This document shows positions 57,864 through 64,000 of a DNA stretch of 64,000 bases, in pieces. The first letter of the stretch is position 1, and every line of letters starts with the position of its first letter. The position numbers and the translations under genes were made by a program. The DNA is from Planctomycetaceae bacterium (GTDB taxonomy: Bacteria; Planctomycetota; Planctomycetia; Pirellulales; UBA1268), in the NCBI GenBank assembly GCA_040376455.1, contig JBEIQP010000001.1, forward strand, positions 15-64,014. Direction: 5' to 3'. The notes under the pieces were generated by a model that saw only the letters and a program-made list of their open reading frames with translations, did no database searches and had not been told where the DNA came from.

Positions 57864-58982
57864 TCAGTACCAGATCCCGGCCCGCACCAGGAACGTGTCG
57901 CTCGGACGGTAGTCGGCCGTCTCGGTGATGTAGTACTCGACCAATCGACCCGTCACCCAGCCCGCCTCCACCCGCCAGCTCGCGCCGAGATCGGCCGGCC
58001 TTCGTTCCCAGCCGGCCAGGAGCCGGTAGTCGTGGTAGACGACCACGTCGTTCGCGCCGCTGTCGCGGCGGACGGCCCACTGGTTGCCCCCGAACTCGCC
58101 GGCCAGGTAGACCCACTGCGCAGCCCGGTCGCTCTCCGCCACCCGCCATGCGAGCCGGGGCCGCGGAAAGATGATTTCGAACCGGCGGTCATCGGATGGC
58201 GTCCACACGATGCCGCCCGCCGGGAGGATGTTGACGTCGTAGCGGTCGAGGTAGATCACGCCCGCCACCACGCGGAGGTCCGCGGTGGCTTCCCAGGCGC
58301 CGAAGCCGTGGCCGGTGATCCGAAACGCCTGCGGCGTGTCGTTGACGAAATCGCTGTACCAGCCCGGCGCCACGGCCAGATCGACGCCGTATCGGCTGCC
58401 GATCTTCCGCATCCAGCGGGCCTGCAGCCACGACTCGTAGAGTTGCGCCGGCAGGCCGGGATCCATGGGGCCGGCCACCTCGTCGATGAAGGTGGTGCCG
58501 AATCCCGGGGTGACCAGCAGCGGTGAATCGACCGTCGGCGCCGGCATGCCGATCGTGAGGCTCGCGTCGAGCGTCGTGAGCCCCAGGCCGTTCGCGCCGA
58601 ACCGGGGCAGCTCCGTCATCGTGACGATCGCCTGCTGGAGCGCGCCGGGCTTTGCTCCCGGAGGCAGTTTGCGGCCCGCCGGGGGTTCGAACTCCTGGCG
58701 CGGCTGGCCCGGCGGCGCCACGTCGTCGGGCAGGAGCGGTTCCGTGAGATCCTGCGGGTCGCCGAGCGCCGCCAGGCGGATCCGCTGGAAGAAGCCGTCA
58801 TCGACGGGGGGCAGGGGCTTGATCTCGAGCCGCTGCTGCACGTCGGGGCGGGCCAGGGGCGGCGGTGGATCGCGATCGGCGGCGGCGACGTGGGCGGCGG
58901 CCAGGACGACGAGCGCCACGCCCGCGAGGCCCTGGCGGAGCGCCCGCGGGCAATCGTTCCGTGGCTGGGAGACGGGCGTCAT
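57864..58982 (-). CDS. Putative outer-membrane beta-barrel protein (paralog 1)
   Basis: Signal-like LRQGLAGVALVVLAAAHVAAA and a C-terminal ...FLVRAGIWY aromatic terminus. Shares LLVTPGFG, VIYLDRY, LPAGGIVWTP and RFEIIFP blocks with the neighbouring gene. Confidence 0.65.
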   Translation of the reverse strand: MTPVSQPRNDCPRALRQGLAGVALVVLAAAHVAAADRDPPPPLARPDVQQRLEIKPLPPVDDGFFQRIRLAALGDPQDLTEPLLPDDVAPPGQPRQEFEPPAGRKLPPGAKPGALQQAIVTMTELPRFGANGLGLTTLDASLTIGMPAPTVDSPLLVTPGFGTTFIDEVAGPMDPGLPAQLYESWLQARWMRKIGSRYGVDLAVAPGWYSDFVNDTPQAFRITGHGFGAWEATADLRVVAGVIYLDRYDVNILPAGGIVWTPSDDRRFEIIFPRPRLAWRVAESDRAAQWVYLAGEFGGNQWAVRRDSGANDVVVYHDYRLLAGWERRPADLGASWRVEAGWVTGRLVEYYITETADYRPSDTFLVRAGIWY

Positions 58983-59019
58983 GAGTCGATCGCCTGCCGG
59001 GGAATCTCCCCGCTTCCGA

Positions 59020-60204
59020 TCAGTAGGCAAGGCCGAGGCGGAACATGATCGTTTCCGGCAGATCTTGGTACTGCGGCGGGCCGTCCACATAGAACAGTTG
59101 CCGTGCGAAGACGTAGCCCACCTCCATGTTGCCGCTCAGGCCGCGGGTGGCGTTGGGCACGAACTCGGTCCCCAGGCAGATGCGGATGTCGTTGTAGTCG
59201 AAGGGGGAGATGCCGTTGTAGGCCGGCGTGTTGCGGCGGAACGTCCAGGCACCGCCGCCGTACTCGCCCGAAAGGTATCCCCACCACGAATGCCTGGCCG
59301 TGTTGGTCAGCCGGATCGACGCCTTGGGCGCGGGGAAGAAGATGTCGTAGCGCTGGTTGGCGTTGGGCGTCCAGACCATGCCCAGGGCCGGCAGCAGCTT
59401 CACCAGATTGCGGTCGAGGTAGATGATGCCGGCCTTGGCCTGCACGGTCGGCGTCAGTTGGAGCGTCCCGATCGCGCGGCCCATGATGCGCCAGCTCTGC
59501 CAGACCAACACGTCCCAGTTGGTGTAGATGCCAACGCGGACGCCCAGTTCGGCGCCGAAGATGGGCGTGAACTGCGGATTCCATGCCGTGTCGAGGAACA
59601 CGTCGTAGGTGTTCGGCGGCAGGTCGGCGAGCATGCTGTCGGTCGTCTCGGGGCCGTCCCAGAGCTGCAGGCCGAAGCCGGGCGTGATCAGGAGCGGCGC
59701 GTGGTTCAGGTTGGCGGGCGAGTTGTGAAAGAACGGCAGGGCGAAGGTCGCCGTGGTGTCGAGTTCGTTGACGCCGACCCGCGTGCCCTCGCCGTCGCCG
59801 AGCAGGTAGGCCCAGCTGCCGCGGGCGCCCTGATAGACGTGCATCGTCTGCTGGTAAGTCTGTTGAAACGTCGCGCCCTGCGCCGGGTAGGAGGCCGGCG
59901 CGATGCCTTGCGGCGAAACGAGGGACGGGGCGGCGGGGGAATAGCCCGGATAGCCGGGCTGGCCCCCGATCGCCGACGGCGCCCAGGTCGATGGCGGCGG
60001 CGCGGCCGGGGACGGAAACACCTGCGCGGCCTGTGAACCGTAGGCGTCCCAGGTGGGGGGCGGCGGCGCGAGCGCGGGTGCCTGCGCGAGCCGATCGAGC
60101 GACGACGCGGCGGGCGGAGGCAGTTGCACCGTCTGCGCGCCGGCCCACCGGGCTCCGGAGAGGAGTCCGAGCAGGACGAGCAACGGTGCGGTCCACCTCC
60201 GCAT
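59020..60204 (-). CDS. Putative outer-membrane beta-barrel protein (paralog 2)
   Basis: Signal MRRWTAPLLVLLGLLSGARWAGAQ (alternative ATG at 60231) and C-terminal FRLGLAY. Shares LLITPGFG, IIYLDRN, LPALGMVWTP and RYDIFFP blocks. Confidence 0.65.
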   Translation of the reverse strand: MRRWTAPLLVLLGLLSGARWAGAQTVQLPPPAASSLDRLAQAPALAPPPPTWDAYGSQAAQVFPSPAAPPPSTWAPSAIGGQPGYPGYSPAAPSLVSPQGIAPASYPAQGATFQQTYQQTMHVYQGARGSWAYLLGDGEGTRVGVNELDTTATFALPFFHNSPANLNHAPLLITPGFGLQLWDGPETTDSMLADLPPNTYDVFLDTAWNPQFTPIFGAELGVRVGIYTNWDVLVWQSWRIMGRAIGTLQLTPTVQAKAGIIYLDRNLVKLLPALGMVWTPNANQRYDIFFPAPKASIRLTNTARHSWWGYLSGEYGGGAWTFRRNTPAYNGISPFDYNDIRICLGTEFVPNATRGLSGNMEVGYVFARQLFYVDGPPQYQDLPETIMFRLGLAY

Positions 60205-60412
60205 GACGGGCACGCTCCGGCAGTGGTCCACGCGGGTCGCAGGGAGGCGCGGCCGGCTGGAAAGGTCGTGGGTGTCGGAAACCGGGGTGGAGGGGGTACC
60301 GCGCGGCGGCGGACAGGGTCAAGGTCGCACCCCTCCGCCGCACCCGAGTCCGCGGCGGTAGAATCGCGCCCCCTGCGCGATCGCCCGAAATTGCCCCGTC
60401 ACCGTCGGTTCC

Positions 60413-61243
60413 ATGACACCCAGCCCGCCGCATCCTGCCCCGGTCCCGGACCCGATCGACGTCGGCGCGCTCGTCGCGGTGGGCGGATTCGGCTCCTGCG
60501 AGCATCTGCCGGAGGTCGATTCGACGATGGTTCGGGCGCGGGCGATCGCCGCCGATCCCGCGGCGCGGCTGCCGGCGGCGGTCGTGGCGGACGTGCAGAC
60601 GGCCGGACAGGGCCGCCGTGGAGCGCGGTGGTGGCAGCCCCCCGGCAGCCTGACGGTGAGCATCGTGCTTGATCCCGGCTGGGCGGCCGGGGCGGAGCCC
60701 ACCGCGCCGCCCGCGTGGTCCTTGGCGTGTGGCGTGGCGGTGGCGGAGACGCTCCGGGCGCTCGAGCCGGCCGTGGAAGCGGTCGTGCGGTGGCCGAACG
60801 ACGTCGAGGCGGGCGGGCGGAAGCTGGCCGGCATCCTCGTGGAACGCGGGGTCGGTGGCCGGCTCGTGATCGGCATCGGCGTCAACACGACCGGCAGCGC
60901 CACCGACGCGCCGGCGGCCATCGCGCATCGGATCGCCACGCTCCCCGACCTCACCGGCAGGCCGCTTGGCCGCGGGCGGCTCCTTGCCGACCTGCTGCCC
61001 CGGTTGCGCGCGTTGCTCGGGGGCATGGCGGAGGATCCGGGAGTGCTCGCCGCGCGGTATCGGCCGCTCTGCGGTCTCGACGGCCATACAGTGACCGTGC
61101 ATCAGGGCACGCGGCGGCAGGTCGGTCTCTGCCGTGGGATCGACGCCTCAGGCGCGCTCGTGCTCGACACCGAAGCCGGCCGGCTGCACCTCGCGACGGG
61201 CAGTCTCACCGATCCGGCAGACGTGTGGCGGGGCGACGGCTGA
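60413..61243 (+). CDS. birA: Biotin--[acetyl-CoA-carboxylase] ligase
   Basis: VQTAGQGRRGARWWQPPGSL (GRGRxGRxW-type motif), VRWPNDV, GRKLAGILVE, IGIGVN. Confidence 0.85.
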   Translation: MTPSPPHPAPVPDPIDVGALVAVGGFGSCEHLPEVDSTMVRARAIAADPAARLPAAVVADVQTAGQGRRGARWWQPPGSLTVSIVLDPGWAAGAEPTAPPAWSLACGVAVAETLRALEPAVEAVVRWPNDVEAGGRKLAGILVERGVGGRLVIGIGVNTTGSATDAPAAIAHRIATLPDLTGRPLGRGRLLADLLPRLRALLGGMAEDPGVLAARYRPLCGLDGHTVTVHQGTRRQVGLCRGIDASGALVLDTEAGRLHLATGSLTDPADVWRGDG

Positions 61244-62309
61244 CCGCGCGGCCGCGGGCTGCCCGCGGCGCGAATACGCAGACCTCGCGGCCGCCGGTCG
61301 AGAGCTGCCGCGCCTGGGGCGCGTAGCCCCAGCCGCGAAAGCGCTCGAGCCATTCCGGCAGCGCCGCGGCCCGCGACCATTCGGGCAGTTTCAAGGTCGC
61401 GATGATGCCCGCGGGATTCGCCGCCGGCGCGGTCACGATCCGCTCGATCGCAGCCAGGGTGCTCGTGGGATCGATGTTCATGTCGGACACGATCCAATCG
61501 AAGCCGCGCAGCAGCCGGAGCTTCACATCGCGGCTCCGCATCCGCCACTGCTCGAACCGCGGATGCGCGGCGACCCGGTCGTCGACGAGCGCCGGATCGA
61601 TCCCCACCACGGAGAGCCCGGCTTCCAGGAGCCGCTGGCACGAGCCGCCTGGCGACGCGCCGAGCTCGCACGCCCGCTGGCCCGAGCGCAGCGGGATGTC
61701 GAAGGTCGCGATCGCCTCGTCGAGTTTCAGCCAGGCCCGCGAGACCTTGTCGTCCGGCAGCGTGCGGGAATAGACGCCGCCCGGCCACGTGCTCGGCGCC
61801 GCGGCCGCGCGATGCCATCCCACCCAGCAGCGGTCCGGGGAATCGACGATGCAGTCGAGCACCAGGTCGCCGGGCCGCGCCACCGGATCGAGATCCGGCG
61901 GCAGCCCCCAGGCGGCGAGCAGCAGCGCTCTGAGTTCAGCCACGTCGGACTCGGTCCGCGCGTCCCGTTTCCAGACGTGGACGTTGCCCCACGCCGCGCG
62001 ACCCGCCAGGTCGCGGATCGCGGCCGCGCGATCGGTCGGGGTCGCGGCCTGAATCTGCCCGAGCGAGCGAATGACGGCGCGGGCGAAGACCAGGTCGGGG
62101 GCGAAGTCGTCGGGAGGATCGAAGCCCTCGTCGAGGCGAAACGTCACCACTCCGCGCCGCCAGACGGCCTGCCGGACGACCGGTAGCACCTCCCGTTGCC
62201 GGGCCGCGAGCTGCTCCTCCGCGCCGGGATGGCAGGCTGCGAGCAGGAATTGGCCGCGAACGGCGGGGGCGGGCGGACGGGGTGGTTCGGCGGCGGACAT
62301 CGGTTCCAT
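61206..62309 (-). CDS. rlmM: RlmM-like 23S rRNA 2'-O-ribose methyltransferase (THUMP-like N-terminus plus FtsJ-like SAM domain)
   Basis: SRAWLKLDEAIATF, ACELGASPGGSCQRLLEAG and WIVSDMN resemble E. coli RlmM (SRSTLKLEEA, DLGACPGGW, VCDM). An Arg-rich C-terminal tail overlaps the birA 3' end by 38 nt. Confidence 0.65.
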   Translation of the reverse strand: MEPMSAAEPPRPPAPAVRGQFLLAACHPGAEEQLAARQREVLPVVRQAVWRRGVVTFRLDEGFDPPDDFAPDLVFARAVIRSLGQIQAATPTDRAAAIRDLAGRAAWGNVHVWKRDARTESDVAELRALLLAAWGLPPDLDPVARPGDLVLDCIVDSPDRCWVGWHRAAAAPSTWPGGVYSRTLPDDKVSRAWLKLDEAIATFDIPLRSGQRACELGASPGGSCQRLLEAGLSVVGIDPALVDDRVAAHPRFEQWRMRSRDVKLRLLRGFDWIVSDMNIDPTSTLAAIERIVTAPAANPAGIIATLKLPEWSRAAALPEWLERFRGWGYAPQARQLSTGGREVCVFAPRAARGRAVSRRPATRLPDR

Positions 62310-62375
62310 GGTACCGAGGAACCGGGGCCGATGATCGGGCCCCGGCCGCCAGATCGGCCCGGGGGCAAAAAATCA

Positions 62376-62409
62376 GGCCGGCCCGGGCGCCCAAGGGCCC
62401 GGGCCGGCC
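62376..62409 (-). terminator. Intrinsic terminator (13-bp GC stem followed by a U6 tract on the minus strand)
   Basis: GGCCGGCCCGGGC / GCCCGGGCCGGCC with an 8-nt loop. On the minus strand it is followed by TGATTTTTTG (62375-62366). Confidence 0.65.
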
Positions 62410-62424
62410 TTTCTCGTCTGAACG

Positions 62425-62597
62425 CTGAACGTCCCGATGCGGTTTCGCCGGAGCGAAAACGGTTCAGGACGAAGGGCAGACCGTCGAAACGGACTGCGGA
62501 ATCCCACGCATGGGATTCCGGGCAAAGCCTTGGCGAAACGACGTTTCGCCGCGTTGGGAATGTTCCCGAAGGGCAAGCCCTTCAACAACCTTCCCAA
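62425..62597 (-). ncRNA. Highly structured RNA segment (six or more consecutive or nested stem-loops) between the micro-ORF and the terminator
   Basis: Stems read from the sequence: 62554-60/62591-97 enclosing 62568-83; 62532-39/62543-50; a perfect 10 bp at 62497-506/62511-20; 62477-83/62490-96; 62442-48/62453-60 enclosed by 62425-30/62462-67. Strand assigned from the terminator U-tract. Confidence 0.4.
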
Positions 62598-62605
62598 CGA
62601 ATGGC

Positions 62606-62668
62606 TCAGCCGTGGCCCTTCTTCTTCTTGGCGACCTTCTTGGCAGCCTTCTTCTTCTTCTTCGCCAT
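62606..62668 (-). CDS. 20-codon lysine-rich micro-ORF MAKKKKKAAKKVAKKKKGHG
   Basis: AAGGAG lies 7 nt upstream of the ATG. 19 of 20 sense codons end in G/C and all 11 Lys codons are AAG. The overlapping 110-codon frame uses GAA for every Glu in the shared stretch. Confidence 0.5.
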   Translation of the reverse strand: MAKKKKKAAKKVAKKKKGHG

Positions 62669-62938
62669 GGATCTGGCTCCTTACCGCGAGCACCCAAACA
62701 CGCATCTCACGGCCTCGCCCCCGGGTGCTCTGGCAAAGGGAGAGGCCGACGTTTCAGCGTCAGACGACCGTGATTTCTCACGGCAATCGAACGTTGATGT
62801 GAGAGTTGTGAAGGATGGCGGCAAAAACTGTCAAGAGAAATTCGGAAAAATTTTCGCGATTTCGCCGGGTGTGACGTCGCGGCGCGGCGGCCGAAGCGAG
62901 CGTTCGATTCGTTCGCGGAACGCGCCGACCGCCATCGA

Positions 62939-64000
62939 CTACAACTCGACGGTGTGCCGATTCGCCCACGTCGCCAGCAGCGTTGCCTGCTTGGAGAAGT
63001 CTTGCTCGGCCACGCCGATGGGGCTCTTGAAGAAGCAGGCCAGCCAGTCGAGCGCGCCCGATTCACCCGCCCGGTGCGCCCGCTCGACCAACCGCACCAG
63101 ATCGAGCACGAGCGGCGCCGCGAGGATCGAATCGCAACCCTGCCAGGTGAACTGCAGCGTCATCGGCGTGCCGAGGAACCCGCGGAAATGGACGTGGTCC
63201 CACGCGGTCTTCCAGTCGCCGAGGCTCGCGATGTATTCGATCGACACGTGCGTCTGCGGCGGGTAGCCGAGAATGCTGGCGAGCAGGTGATCCTTGCTGC
63301 GCACCTTGGCCGCCTTGTTGCGGGGATCGTCGAGCACCCGGCCATCCATGTTGCCGAAGATGTTGTGCCCCACCCAGCTCATCACCTCCAGGTGGCGGGC
63401 CGCGAACATCGGCGCGAGCACGCTCTTGAGGAGCGTTTCGCCCGTCTTGCCGTCGCAGCCGGCGTGGGCGATCCCCTTGGCGACGGCCACCTCCTGCAGA
63501 CACGCCGGGGTCGCGCCCGTCGAGGGAGTGAAATTGACGTACGACGCCCCCGCCTCGGCGGCCGCCAGGAAGTAGAGGCTGCTCGCCGGCAGCGGGCAGC
63601 GGACGGCGTCGTCGAGCAGCGGTCGCACATCGGCGAAGTCGCGTGGGATCGGCAGCGTTGGGGGCGGTTCGGTGGACGCGACGTTCACGACGACCACGTG
63701 GCGGAGCCGCTCCGCCGCCGCGAAGGCCTCCAGATCCTCTCGGATCCGCTCGATCGCCTGTCGCGGCGTCTCGACCCGGGCGGCGCTGCCGTCGTCGGCC
63801 AGGCGGCGGATCGCGTCCCCCGCCGCCACCACGGTGCCCGGCCGGAGCCGCGCTTCGACCTCCGCGAAGAAGTCGGCCGAGCCGTCGAGCAACTCGGGCA
63901 TGATCGCGCGGCTCTCGGTCCACATCCGCCGCGCCTCGTCCGCGAGCCTGCCTGCGCGGATGTCGTGACCACCCACGACGATGTCGGGGAAATCGACCAG
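62939..64000 (-). CDS. ino1: myo-Inositol-1-phosphate synthase (partial; the N-terminus lies beyond the window end)
   Basis: VVVVNVASTE, SYVNFTPS, CDGKTGETLLKSVLAPMF, WVGHNIFGNMDG, SKDHLL, and IEYIASLGDWKTAWDHVHF-type blocks. The reading frame stays open to base 64000 (LVDFPDIVVGGHDI). Confidence 0.88.
   Translation of the reverse strand: MVDFPDIVVGGHDIRAGRLADEARRMWTESRAIMPELLDGSADFFAEVEARLRPGTVVAAGDAIRRLADDGSAARVETPRQAIERIREDLEAFAAAERLRHVVVVNVASTEPPPTLPIPRDFADVRPLLDDAVRCPLPASSLYFLAAAEAGASYVNFTPSTGATPACLQEVAVAKGIAHAGCDGKTGETLLKSVLAPMFAARHLEVMSWVGHNIFGNMDGRVLDDPRNKAAKVRSKDHLLASILGYPPQTHVSIEYIASLGDWKTAWDHVHFRGFLGTPMTLQFTWQGCDSILAAPLVLDLVRLVERAHRAGESGALDWLACFFKSPIGVAEQDFSKQATLLATWANRHTVEL

Noticed and set aside
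61206-61243. 38-nt convergent overlap of the birA and rlmM-like 3' ends
   Set aside because: It probably reflects only a non-conserved Arg-rich C-terminal tail on the methyltransferase ORF. There is no evidence of functional significance.
62425-62597. Hairpin cluster considered as a tRNA, SRP RNA, 6S RNA or REP-type repeat
   Set aside because: No tRNA cloverleaf or T-loop GTTCGAATC-type motif is present. I could not recognise an SRP domain IV or 6S signature. The stems are not copies of one another elsewhere in the window. I kept it only as an unclassified structured RNA candidate.
62196-63266. 356-aa plus-strand ORF and the 110-aa minus-strand ORF (62373..62705) covering the AT-richer intergenic region
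   Set aside because: The plus-strand ORF is antisense to ino1 and runs through the hairpin cluster. The 110-aa frame uses GAA for every Glu in the shared stretch, which is atypical here. It also reads straight through the terminator stem. The 20-codon frame has much better codon usage and a better SD.

Overview
Visibly GC-rich bacterial chromosomal DNA (G+C not computed) with dense coding and many long Arg/Gly/Pro-rich antisense shadow ORFs. Several gene families point to a Planctomycetota-like organism: DUF1559/prepilin-like proteins, an SHD1-tailed acidic secreted protein, a TAT-signal Gfo/Idh/MocA oxidoreductase and tandem beta-barrel OMP paralogs. This is inference from family content, not a database hit. 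The window holds about 50 protein genes and no rRNA, tRNA, CRISPR array or mobile element that I can support. It looks origin-proximal, with a DnaA-like gene, a 597-nt gene-free AT-richer gap, then dnaN, DUF721/DciA, gyrB and pgk. Housekeeping genes include apt, mnmA, nrdJ, birA, a partial ino1, a sigma-70 factor and a cysteine desulfurase. The most unusual items are these. (1) A tightly packed operon of three different SPFH (HflK/C-like) proteins with an ABC-2 transporter and unknown membrane proteins, with no FtsH or NfeD partner. (2) A 281-aa DnaA-like protein that keeps the domain IV DNA-binding fold but has no P-loop and no domains I-II. (3) A 20-codon poly-lysine ORF followed by a multi-hairpin RNA region and an intrinsic terminator, directly upstream of a 23S rRNA methyltransferase gene (attenuator-like layout). 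(4) A DUF1559 pilin-like domain fused to the C-terminus of a large protein and co-transcribed with a zinc-ribbon PrsW protease. (5) An eRF1-like (baeRF-type) protein. All functional calls come from motif recognition by eye. No searches were run.
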